Assembly (NCBI RefSeq): GCF_035594765.1
Contig: NC_085843.1
Coordinates: 243,637,971-243,701,970, forward strand
Length of the DNA stretch: 64,000 nucleotides
Direction: 5' to 3'
Source of the DNA: Anolis carolinensis
Lineage: Eukaryota
How positions within the stretch are numbered: position 1 is the stretch's first letter; every line of letters starts with the position of its first letter. Below are positions 25,675 to 37,394 of the stretch, piece by piece. A model generated the notes under the pieces. The model saw only the letters and a program-made list of their open reading frames with translations, had not been told where the DNA came from and made no database searches. The translations under genes and the position numbers were made by a program.

Positions 25675-25794
25675 GTGAGTGTGGATTAAACCGTCTGTCA
25701 TATAGAGCTGGTACTAATTCTAGATTGAGATTAAAATGTTTAGTAATGAAATATTAATGTCTAAATATGCTAAAACATGAGATGTAAAAGTATT

Positions 25795-25910
25795 GCAGAG
25801 GCTGGATGGCCATCTGTCGGGTGCTTTGAATACGATTTTCCTGCTTCTTGGCAGGGGGTTGGACTGGATGGCCTCAGAGGTCTCTTCCAACTCTATGATT
25901 CTATGATTCT
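25795..25910 (+). mobile_element. CR1 LINE 3' end
   Basis: GGTTGGACTGGATGGCC...TTCCAACTCTATGATTCTATGATTCT octamer tail. Confidence 0.9.
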
Positions 25911-25924
25911 CAGGAGGGATTCTT

Positions 25925-26046
25925 CATAGAATCATAGAATAGTAGAGTTGGAAGAGACCTCATGGGCCATCCAGTCCAACCCCCTGCCAAGAAGCAGGAA
26001 ATTGCATTCAAAGCACCCCTGACAGATGGCCATCCAGCCTTTGCTT
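25925..26046 (-). mobile_element. CR1 LINE 3' end (tail-to-tail with previous)
   Basis: Reverse complement of the same CR1 terminus with ATTCTATG repeats. Confidence 0.9.
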
Positions 26047-26056
26047 CTTTTAGTAC

Positions 26057-27160
26057 TGTCAAGACTTGATGTGGCAGAGGATGGAATCCCCTTTGAATCC
26101 CACCGCTGCCACCAATTTATGTAGGGAGCTGAGGTGGCAGAGAATGGGGTCCCTCTTTGAATCCCACCGCTGCCACCAAATAATGTAAGGAGCTTATGTG
26201 GCAGACTATTGGAATCCCTTTTAGAACCCCTCAGCTTTGCCACCAATATTGTACAGAGGTGAGGTGTCTGACAGGAATGTGTGTCAGAGATGGAACCCTT
26301 TTTGATCCCACACACACACACACAGATACCACCACTTAATAAAGATGTTTTATGAGAGATGATGTTAATTAATGATTTGTTGATTATCTTCTTCGCTGCC
26401 ACCAATGGAGACGTCAGGCAGATGGTACTGGTTCTTATGAGCTTTCTCTATTTGTTTTACTTCAGATGTTGATGTTACTTAACTTAATTTAGGAGTATGA
26501 CAGAGGCTTGATTTGAATAAAATCAAAACAAGTTTATTGCAGGTACAGAGCTTGATGGTTTCAGATAACTTGGTAAAGGCACTTCGCTTAATGGTTACAA
26601 ACGATTATGAGGTGGTTAAACTTTCAAAAATACTTCTTTCTCTGGATTACACTAAACCCTGATCCTACTGGATCCCCTGGGATTAATGTTCTCTAATCCA
26701 CAGACTCTACAACTGACCCTAGACAAATCACCTAACTTGCCTAGTCTGGTCTAACCTAAATCTGACTCAAATCTTTCTATTTAAGCCAGTCTGATTCTCC
26801 ACACAAGGATCAGATCCTTCTCTGTGTCTAGAGAATCACCAACTCCTAAAATAAATCCTTTTATTTTAGGCCTGACTCAAATTCTTCTGAGTCACCCTGA
26901 TTCTCTACCTGAGAATCAGTTCCTTCACTGTGGATGGAAATCACAGACTGCTGGGTTTTAAAACATTCCCCTTTCCAAGCGGCGGTTGGCTCCGCCCCTG
27001 TCGCTATGGTAACGTGTTCTAGCACTCTAAGATGGCTACCTTTCCCCATACATATCAATTCAAATACTCACCATTTTAAACTTAACCAAACCTGACTGTT
27101 TAAACAAAATCAAATACACATATCATCTATAAACAAAATACAATTATACACTTCTTCACA
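26057..27160 (-). mobile_element. solo LTR, 1104 bp, with internal tRNA-Leu PBS-like array
   Basis: TG...CA termini, perfect 5-bp TSD AGTAC (26052-26056, 27161-27165); GC box, TATA-like TTTTAAAA and AATAAA (26533-26538) in order on - strand. Confidence 0.9.
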
Positions 27161-27528
27161 AGTACATTTTAAAAGAATGTACTAAGTGTTTTCAACTTTA
27201 CAGTTTTATTTGCTTTTTATCTTTTTAAGTGTTTGATTAAATTGCTGAAATACCACATTTATTTTCATTTTCATTCTTTGTATGTTTTCAGTTGCATTGT
27301 CCTTTTTTAAACATTGTACGCTGCTTAGACTCCCACTTTTAGGAGAAAGTCGGGATGCAAATAAATATGAAATCTGGCTGGGCCTGTTCCATTATTGCTG
27401 TTAAAAGATTAAATAACTTTGCTAAAAGATTTGAAATAGCAAAGAAACATTAGATCAAAGCTCAACATTGAATCCAGTGTTACTTTGGTTTTAAGTCACT
27501 TTTTCTATTTGTGTTTATTGCCATACAG

Positions 27529-27586
27529 CAACGAAAAGGAAATCTACAGTGGGAGGAGGACTCTTGTCAGAAATAGATGCATCAAA
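27529..27586 (+). CDS. ANKMY1: ANKMY1 58-nt exon
   Basis: Pyrimidine tract + CAG, AA|GTAAGT donor; ATKRKSTVGGGLLSEIDAS; phase 1 in and phase 2 out exactly bridges the otherwise incompatible flanking exons. Confidence 0.85.
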
Positions 27587-28434
27587 GTAAGTTCAGTGCA
27601 CTAAAATATAACTCAGTTCACATTGTCTTTAATAAATATAATCTATGCAATTATTTGTCTTGTTATTGTACTGTCCGGAAGAACATCTTTTAGAGTGGGA
27701 AAATAGTGATCTCTCTCAGTTCACAAAATGCACTTTGTTCTTTTTTATATTTCCTTGCCTTTTAGCTTTGTTTATTTTTGCAACATATATTTGAACATTT
27801 GTCAAAATTTTGGTTAATTCTTGGGCCCTATATCTTCTGTGTCTAGTTTGTTCTGTTAATGGATTTCTGCACTACTATACTCTCACATTGATGCTTTGAC
27901 ACACAGATATGGTGTGAAAATTATCAGTTGTTGTGACATTACTAGCATTGAGGCTTCCCCCTCTTCTCTGATTGTTCAATTAAATTTGGGGATGGAGGAG
28001 CTTAGAGTGAATTTAAAGCAGATCATATCTAAGATAAAAGTTTTGAAAGTAAATGTATACTTTTTTTTTAAAAAAAAGAATAAAATATCCAAGGAAAACC
28101 TCGCTATTTTACACTTTTGTGTATTTTTATACAGTGGAGCCTTGGTATCCTTTGGGGCATAGTACAGTAGCATAGTAAAATGATGTGCCTTATATAAAAT
28201 GGACAAAATCAAGGCTTCTCTTTTGGTCTTTTAAAAAAAATTCAAGCCTTGGATGGTTGAATCCATGGATACAGAATCTGGATGCAGAGGGCTAATTGCA
28301 GTTTAACTTCTTATACTGATAAGTTAAATTTCCCCATTTGTTATTATCCACAATAACTTGTTGTGTTAATTTTGAACGCATTAACGCATGCAAATGTCGC
28401 TGACGTTGCTTTTTACAACATTTCCATGTTGCAG

Positions 28435-28586
28435 GCTGCCCTTCTTTAAATATTGCTACCACTGTGGGCGATCAGTTGGTGTGAATCTCGTACCTTGCGC
28501 ACGCTGTTTTGAAACCTACAGCTGCAGCAAGTCCTGTAAATTGAAGTCTTGGAATGAACGTCATAAACGAGAATGTCTACAGGCAG
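28435..28586 (+). CDS. ANKMY1: ANKMY1 MYND zinc-finger exon
   Basis: gttgcag acceptor, G|GTAGGA donor; LPFFKYCYHCGRSVGVNLVPCARCFETYSCSKSCKLKSWNERHKREC = MYND pattern CxxC..CxxC..CxxxC..HxxxC. Confidence 0.95.
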
Positions 28587-29371
28587 GTAGGATGGGTTTT
28601 TTGGTGATATACACAGTGCAGATTGCAGAAATGCTGGTTAGCTGGATGGTATGTCAGTAGTGGGACCATTATGTTAGTTTCACACAGTGATCAGTGCTTC
28701 TAAAATATAACATTGCTCTTTGTTCAATACTATCAGCAAAGTCTTGAAATAAAACCAAAATTGCTAGTATTATAAAAACTTTGCACATGTTTCAAACTTG
28801 TCTACATGTAAATGGTTTTTAAAAAAATAAATAAAAATAATTTACTAATCTGAGCAATAAGTTTTCATCCCTCCCTTGCACTAACCTGTTCTCTCAGAAA
28901 AAAGGATGTCTCTCTGCATGCTTTACTATTTGTATACAGTTGTCAATAGTTGTAAAGAACATGAAGGTTCTGCCAGTAAGAATGAGTTTTGCAGTTCTCT
29001 AGAGGATCCATATAATATGACTGAACTGTGGTATGTTTTCCCAGTGCACATTAAGGGTTCATGGGACTTCAGATGTTCCTTTTGCTGGGAAACCTACTGG
29101 GGAAATGAGTTCTGTTATTCACTGCAAGTTCTGTTATGGAGTCAGTCATGAAAGGAAAATTGAATAAGAAGAAGCTGAAACATTGGAGAAAATGTGAATA
29201 ATCCAATTTTGCTCAAGTTCTTTTTTATCCACAAAAGACAACTCGGTTACTCATTATTTTGGGAAACTACATCAAGTTCGGGAATTTCCTGGAAGAGTGG
29301 AGATGTAATTTGAAATATGGATACAACTCAGAGCTGCAATTGTGCAAGTGTTTTCATCTGTTCTATGAAAC

Positions 29372-29660
29372 TTGATGGATTGTCACCTTGTCGTGTTGAG
29401 GGGGCTTGTGTGTTCCAATGAACCTGCGGGTGTAACCGTCAGATTCATATACTCCCAGGCGGGTTCGCAGAGGAGCTTCCAGACTGAGGACAATCCGAAA
29501 ACCTGAAGACCTCAATGGCGGATCAGGCGGAAGACAACATGGTACATGTTACAACAGCTATGAAATCGGAAGAAGGCTGCAACAGATTGAGATGCTACCC
29601 TGTTAACCATGCCACTGGTTGGGACCCTCATTCTGTGAAGACTGTGTGTTATATGTTCGG
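29372..29660 (+). mobile_element. RTE-type LINE 5'UTR-derived fragment
   Basis: ATGGATTGTCACCTTGTCGTGTTGAGGGGGCTTGTGTGTTCCAATGAACC resembles the conserved 5' motif of RTE elements; CpG-rich; 3' limit approximate. Confidence 0.65.
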
Positions 29661-29837
29661 ACTATATGAAAAACTGTTGTGCATGTTGAACAATTGAGAT
29701 CCATTCTAAATGCTGTAAAATGGCATAGGAGATACATAATATATATGATAAAATTCCCATGATTCTATAGCATTGAACCATTGTTGCTAAAGTGGTATCA
29801 AACTGCATTAATTCTATAGTGTAGGAACCCTCTATAC

Positions 29838-29972
29838 CAGTGGTTCCCAACCTTTGGGCCTCCAGGTATTTTGGACTTCAGCTCCCACACTTCTTAACAG
29901 CTGGTAAGCTCGCTGGGATTTCTGGGAGTTCAAGTCCAAGACACTTGAAGGCCCAAAGGTTGGGGACCACTG
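29838..29972. mobile_element. 135-bp palindromic hAT MITE
   Basis: TIR CAGTGGTTCCCAACC, 8-bp TSD CTCTATAC (29830-29837, 29973-29980). Confidence 0.92.
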
Positions 29973-30045
29973 CTCTATACCCTTAAATCACCTGGAAATA
30001 TGTCAGACCACTGCAAAATGGCCTAAACACGCAGCAATTTACTTA

Positions 30046-30590
30046 CCCATATTTACTCGAGTCTAATGTGCCATCAAATCTAATGTGCATCTCAATTTTC
30101 AAAACCCATAAGTATTTGCTGGTGAGTGTAATGAGCATCAACAAAAAGTTTCCTCTTTGTAATTTGGCCATAAAAGGTGCCATTACAGTGGCTGCTTGCT
30201 TATCATTCCTTCCTTATAAACAAAAGTGTTAGAACACCAAAATTGTCAACAATGGACAAGAAAACCTTGGGGTTCACCTATGCTATATAATGGATCCACT
30301 TTAACTGCCCTGTCTCAATTCTGTGGGGTCATGGGGGCTGTAGTTTGGGATCATGGGAGCTGCCAAAGAATGCTGATGCCTCACCAAACTACAAATCCCA
30401 GGATTACATAGCATTGAGCCATGGCAATTAAATTAGAGGTGACATCTAATTTTGGTAACATCCTGAAGTTGCTTCCTATTTTGCTTTGGCTCAGCACTAA
30501 GATTACTATATCACACAAATCTAATACACACCCTAATTTTGAGAAGGTAATTTAGTCAAAAAGGTGAGCATTAGATTAGAATAAATACGG
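30046..30590. mobile_element. Tc1/mariner-type non-autonomous element
   Basis: TA|CCCATATTTACTC ... GAATAAATACGG|TA; contains a piece of another palindromic MITE (about 30295-30430). Confidence 0.7.
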
Positions 30591-33500
30591 TATTTCTCCC
30601 CACTGCCACAAACAAAACATTCCTGTCCCCGAATAGCTGATTTCCACCTTAGACCATTGCAATTGGAGTTTACCTTCAGGCTACTGGAAATGTATTAGTG
30701 CTGCCCATTGATGGGGCATGGTTTGAAAATAGGTGGATTTCTTTAGTTTTGTTGCTTGCTTCTGTGTTCTTGCAACATTTACCTATAATGTTACCAGTGC
30801 TATAGCACTCCTTTTCAGAGCAAACGAGTGACTTGCTATGTGAGCTATATATGGCCTGCAGTGTAGGACATTTCTGAACAAAATTGGGCTTGGGGAATGC
30901 ATGGCTAATTAGATTCCCATTCCAGAACACTTCTTAGGTAAGTGATTAATTAGAATTGGAGAAAGCTGCTTTTCTGAGCCTACTTTGCACTCTTTGTTCC
31001 AGTAGAGGCCATGTCTATGAGAAAGTTGTAACATCTTGGAATGGTAGGAAGCCACAGGATGAGTCTTTCGACATACACATTGCTTGGTTCTTTATTCTGT
31101 CTTTCCAGTGTACTATAAATGGTCAAGAGTGTGATCAATGACTTGTTTACTCCTGTTGTGGATTCTCCATGGTGTGCCAGTTCTGGATAGTAACACCCAT
31201 GTGGGAACTTTAACATTGAACTAGTTCATTGTATATCTCTGTGAAAAGATCTTTACTCAGGTTAAATCCATGGCTCATACCCAAAGTTTGAGCAACTTTT
31301 TCTTGATTCAGCAGACTACTGACAACCATTTCTGCATATCAGTAGCACATAAAAGTGTCAGATTTTCTGCATCATTAATTCTCAACCTATTTTTGTATAG
31401 TATCCACTCCTTTTAAAAATGTGTTAAAATTAAACTTAACATCTTTTTAAGCTCCTGACAGATAACGCATTTGTTACATAGGAAAGGATGTAGAATTTAA
31501 CACAAGAACATTGCTCCTTGCTGCATTAATAATAAATAATAAAAATAAAACTTTATTTATATACCGCTCTATCTCCCCAAAGGGATTCAGAGCATATTAT
31601 CCTCTCTCCAATTAATAATTTGGAGTGCATCCAAACTGGTTGTTAAAAACAAGCAAGTTCCAGATGAACTTTTTGTTCATCCTAGAATATTTCCTCTGTT
31701 GGTGCTATGATCAGAGATTTTTTTTTATACAACCTCCCCAGGTCAGTTTGTTTTAACTTAGTTTTTTACAGAGTTAAATAGATGAGTTTAGCTTGTTGTT
31801 TGTCTCTATTGCCTTGGACCTTCCAATTCTCTGTATGAGGTTTTCCGAAATGTTACAAAGGATGTGTGTGTATCTTATCTTGTTTGGTGGGAAGAGGGGG
31901 AAGGATCTGAGAGAGGGAACATCTAAACCAAGGAAAACATGCACACAGACAAATCAAGCACAACTCTCCAAGAAGAGGAAGGAGTGAGTGGAAGAAGAAA
32001 CATCTACGTGCACCTGAGATTCTGGGAATTGAGGCCACTTTGAAAGAGAAAACTCAAGATACTTCTGTTTTGTTTATGGAGCAGTTATATGCAGAAACAA
32101 ATAAAACAAAAAGTCATGGAAACGGTCAGTACTTTCAGCCAGTTCAGATAGCCCTTAGACTGAATAGAGGTTCTTTTTCTTTCTCCAAGAAATTGTATGC
32201 AAAAAAAATTTAAAATAAATAAATCGGGAATTCTGAGTGAAGTTTGGCACTGGATTTGGGGAATTTCGCTTTGTGAGAATACTGACTGAAAAGTGAAGAA
32301 AAAGATATAGTATATAGAGAGACATCTTATTCTCCTGGGATCCGGAACACAGGAAATGACAAGACTTTAATCCACAGAATTGAACATCTGGAGTTGAAGG
32401 TTACGTGGAAGACAGAGAATGTTCACGTGAAAGGAGAAGTTAGAATTAAATTTAGGACCTTGGAAAAGGATTTGTGCTCTCTTCAATGGATTGCCTGTAT
32501 ATATGTGCAATATGATTGTTCTAAATGTAAACAGGGTGTGGTTTTCACCATTATATGCTTTTTTAAAAAAAGGTTCTGTTTAGTTTTCTTGAAATCTTAT
32601 CACTGGAATGTTGGAAAACATGTAGCGTTATATGATCAAAAAGACAATATGAGGACTGGAAAAGTTGGCACAAAAATTCATCATTTGGAGGCCCAATCAT
32701 GGCAAAGATTTGCCAAGCTTTCAGAGACTTAAAACAGAGAAGTGTTCATTTTCAACATGGTAAAATAAAAAAAAAATCCCAGTGCGTTTCCACGGCCAGG
32801 TATCCTGAATCTTAATCCATTGCTGGAACAACTATGTCACGCTGGTAGAACGATACAAATACAAAACAAGGACTGAGAGAGTGTGATCCAGTCATAGGAT
32901 TATAGAGTTGGAAGAGACCACAAGGGCCATCCAGTCCAATCCCCTGTATATATGAACACTGTTCTTTATTAGCAGTAAATGATATTTTGAACTCACACAT
33001 TTATGTGCAGGAGAAAGATGTAGAATCTATTCCTGTACATAAATGCATGGATTCAAAAGAAGTGTGCAGTTGTGTATTTATGTTGTGATAGCTTTTATAT
33101 TTATGCATTGTTTATTTTATGTTTAGCACTGGTAGTGCTTCTGTGAGCTGCCACAAGTCCCTTTGGGGAGATGGTGGCAGGGTATAAATAAAGATGATGA
33201 TGATGATGATGATTATGTGAAAAAATAAATTCTGGGTGGAGTAATTAACTTATGGTAACATTTTACCTTAAAAAAGCTCATGTTAAGATGTGTTAAGATA
33301 TTTTGAAATGAAGTTCATTGTTTATGTAACCATAACCTAAGGACATGTAATTTGTGTAAATACAAATTGTGCATACTGAGGATTTAAAATTGTTATTTCG
33401 GTTTGCTGTGCTATGCTATGTATTTTGAAATTATGTCCTAAAGCATACTTTAGAAATGTACTCAAAATGATCAGAATCTTTGTAAATGTAATCAGTGCAA

Positions 33501-33643
33501 TAAAATAAATAAAAATTTATTTTCAAGACTCTGTAGAGGTTACTGTACATGCCTCATTTATAAAAGGCACAGTTCCTGGTAATACTGTCTCACTGTTGAC
33601 AATTCTGAAATGTCTTTGCACCTTGTTTTATTGCTTGCAAAAG

Positions 33644-33694
33644 ATGATGGATCGCCAGTTGAGTCTGATGACGAATTCCAATCACAGGTGTTAT
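33644..33694 (+). CDS. ANKMY1: probable ANKMY1 51-nt symmetric exon (acidic)
   Basis: T-rich tract + AAG acceptor, perfect GTAAGT donor, phase 1-1, open frame (D)DGSPVESDDEFQSQVL, locally CpG-retaining. Confidence 0.65.
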
Positions 33695-36654
33695 GTAAGT
33701 AAATAGTCGCCCTGTACTCTTTCATGGGAGGTGGTGGGGGGGGGAGAGTTTCATTTCTTTTCTAGCATTTCAGATAATTGATCATTGTATTTTTCTTTTG
33801 AAAAAACCTTGTGTTGAAACGTATGTTTTTTTTTTTATATTGGGTTAGTTGCTGTTGTCTCATTTCCATATTTTGCTGGCTTTATTGTTTTCCGATGTTG
33901 GTGTTTTTATTGATTTTTTTAATGCTGTAAGTTGTCATAAATAAAGCATAGCTCTGTGTTTCTACCTCCAGGAAAGGTAAAAGTTTTTCTTTGGAACTAT
34001 AATTGACTAAACTTTACCTATACAGTATCTAAAGGTTTTTCCAGATGTAGACGTACACAGACTTCCTCAGAAATGCAGTGTTCACTGCTTGAGAATGGGG
34101 CCTATGTCTTTACAAGAGACAGGGGCATCTTGGATTCCAAAAGGAGTTACTTGACAGCTGCTAATAGAGTTTAAATTTGACTGTCCCTTTTCTTAACATG
34201 GCCAAAAAAAAGGGGGGGGGAGCAAGTGGCCTCTTCCTATATTGTGATCCCTGCAGATGAACTTAACAGCAACAGAAATATCTCATACAAAATATAGGTC
34301 TGTGACTCTGGCACTGTCACTTTACTTGTCTTCTGTATAATTTTGACCTCTTTTGCGGTTTAGAAAACTTGCCTGTTTTGTGCACTTGGGTTGGCCAGTA
34401 ATGGTATCATTCTTTTGTGAATTCGTTTTGTTTTCTTTGTTCTTCTGCATGACTGTATGTTCCTCTGCCTCTGTATTATTTAAAGCACTTCTATTGTAGC
34501 CCTATATCCTCCAGTGTATTTGCCCATTAGTGGTGTTGCAATTGTGTGATTGGACTTCTAGAAAGGGAAAATGCAGAATAGAGACAGCATCTTCTTCAGA
34601 TTGACTTAATGGGGATATAAAGGGGATACTGTTTTTTGAACCTAGAATTCTTTTCCAGGTTAGATTGAACTAGGCAAAGGAGACAGTCATATATTCTAGA
34701 AACTAGTGTATATATCTGGTGTTACTTGGATGGTGGAAAGGCTGCTTACCACCTGCTTTCTCCCTTCTCCACCTCTGAGAAAGCCTATCTCACATGTCTC
34801 CATGGAAAAAATTGTTCTTTCCTTCCTCCATTTCCCTCATACAGTTTCTCCACTGCCCGGATTATCTGGCAGTGTAGATTTATGTAATCTAGTTCAAAAC
34901 AGATAATCTGGGGTCAGATCCTGGAATATAGGGCAGTGTAGATCCAGCCAAAGTTAGAACAAAGGAAGTGATTCCTGGACCTCCACATAGTGCAAATTAA
35001 TACTTGGTAGTCATGTTTCACTTTTACAAGTACTAAAGCAGTCCATAGCTGTAAGATGTAGCAGTACTGTAAGGTTGACTAGTATCACCTGTTATTGCAT
35101 TGGGCTAGAAAATGAATTCTTTAATGTTATTGGCAGGAATTGGTAGTTTAACTCATTGCAATAAATATAGATAAGGTTGATGTAACTTCTTTAGTTTCAG
35201 AATAGACCATCGGCATTGTAGAGAATGGGAGGGAGTTGTTATCACTGACATTCCCAAAGCATATTTTGTTACTTGATCCTTCAAAAGTGGCCTTGTGTCA
35301 TTCTGAAATTGTCCCCCTCCCCTAACATGGACAATAGCTTCATAAAACATTATCTGGTGGCAGTGGAAATCCAAAACTTCAGGTTGGAAAAAGTTATTCT
35401 AAAACTTGAATTTTCATCTTATAATTTATTATGTTTACACTATGAGATGCTTAAAGGGAGGAGTATGTTGGCATGAAAGAGTCCCTCTCAATACATTTAA
35501 AGGACACATGGCAAATACTAGCCATTAATGGCAAGGAAGGGAAACTACAGAAAGATAGCTCCTCTTGATGAAAATGCAGGTGAAGAAATATTAGGTTCCT
35601 TGTTAATAAGCCCAGTATCTTTGCCCTCACTTACATTCCTGCCTTAGTGAGCAATTGGACAGATTCTTCCTGTACACTTTCCCATTATATCCCCATTAGA
35701 GGCAAAAGAACTACTCATTTGGCCAAGCAGAATATATTTGCATGTGCCCAGGAACCTTGTAAAACATGGGTATTTGGCATTTGAATTGTGATTGGTAGTA
35801 AAATGTCTAGTGTGTCAATCATCTAGTCATATGGCAGATACGGTTAAAATATAAATTTTCCCCTCCAAAGTTATAAAATCCACAGCAGACTCCATTTTAC
35901 GTCCTTCTGTTTCTCCTTTTAGCTGTGTAACTCAGCTCATTGCTGGGCCCTGTGATTATTTGTGTGTGTGTATTCTTTACTAAAACTAGATTTAACTTCT
36001 TCCCACTTCTTTTATTCTTATGTGCAAAGTTATTGATGCAGAAGAGATTTACTGTGCACAGACACAGAAAGAAAATGTTTTGCTCATACGTTTTCTGTGT
36101 AGTATCTGCTTGTAAACTAAGGACTCATGGTTTATGGGACATTGGTTGGTGATATTGCTCCTCACATCATTAAAATGCCACAATGGAAGTTACACGATTT
36201 TGTTTGTATATTAGCATGATTCTGTTGGATAGACATGGACTTGGAAATTGGCATTGCAGAGCAATGGCAAAAGTTTTCAGACAGTGGTTTCTGCAGTGGT
36301 CATATTTTATTACCTTGTTAGTACACTTCTACATTCCAGAGATGTGAACTTGGGCTTTTTGGACTTCCATGTTAAGTAGAAAAGGAGATGTAAGGAGCAT
36401 CTCAAGACTAGACTTGGATTCCCTCAAGGGAAATAAAGGTGTAGGAGTAATTTCATGGGGTAACTATTGAAAGGCCCATGAAAGGGAATTGGCAGATGGG
36501 GGTCATTTAAAACAACAACACACCATGCTTTGAATAATCCTTTTATTCCCATCCTCTGTAATTTAGTACATTCTTGCATAGAATTATCATAAAATTATCT
36601 CTAATTATCTGCCTTATAAAATGCCAATTGTATATTTTTATAATCTCTCGGCAG

Positions 36655-36863
36655 CGCGGCTGCGTAAGCAAAAAGGCAGAGGAACTTCCCCATCGAAAAA
36701 GGGAAAAGAAAGCAAGGAGGCAGCACTCGGCAGACATAAAAAAACGTTGGATGAGAGAAAGCTACAAGAAGAGAAGTTCAAAGGAGACGGGTCCCGACGA
36801 AAGCTTGAGAAGAGTAGCAGTGTGGCAGATCTCCCTTATACCGGAAATTATAGTTACATTTAA
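36655..36863 (+). CDS. ANKMY1: probable ANKMY1 terminal coding exon (basic tail)
   Basis: ctctcggcag acceptor in phase 1; RLRKQKGRGTSPSKKGK...LPYTGNYSYI*; CpG-rich relative to the intron; joining all 14 exons gives an uninterrupted frame of about 741 aa. Confidence 0.75.
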
Positions 36864-37394
36864 ATGCCGTTGCTTTGTCCTGATGTAATTAGGTTTGGGA
36901 AATGCTATATAAGGAAGGTAGGAAAAGATACCAAGAAGGTAAAACTGGAGCAGTCTTATTGTATATGCTGAAAACCACTTACTGTGGTTATAAAGCAATG
37001 CCCAGTAATCCCATTCATGGATTAAGTACTGAAATGTCCAGCTTTCCAAAGTCAATTCGATACAGTTATGAAACAAATCCTTTTCACATTGTAAAAAAGA
37101 AGAAGAAATGTATCAACAGTTCACCTGACATTGGTTAGGGATTCTGTGGTGTCTTCTAAAGCAGGAGTATAGGATTGGAAAGGTCTCCTGTATTTTTCAA
37201 CCACTGTGCTATCTCCCTAGTTATTCAACCTTTTGGCATGATATTATATATAAATAGGGTCATCTGTTCTTGGTTGTTGTGATAGTCACTATAACAGACT
37301 TTGCCTGACAACTGGAGATACATTTCCCTGGAAATACAAGGTGGTTGTCTTTTTTCTCTTTGTGTTCCAAGTTGCGCAGTCAAGAATACCTATG

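Noticed and set aside
26092-26178. tRNA-Leu genes
   Set aside because: Only the 3' 23 nt including encoded CCA are present; no A box, D arm or anticodon arm. Treated as PBS-like copies.
31911-32213. About 100-codon stop-free frame on + strand
   Set aside because: No credible acceptor or start and no recognisable protein pattern.
33643-33670. C/D-box snoRNA or hammerhead (GATGATG...CTGATGA)
   Set aside because: Too short, no terminal stem or GAAA partner; better explained as Asp/Ser codons of a microexon.
36574-36888. Dual-coding of the ANKMY1 terminal exon (second open frame)
   Set aside because: The purine-rich, T-poor sequence is naturally short of stops, and no phase-0 upstream donor supports that frame.
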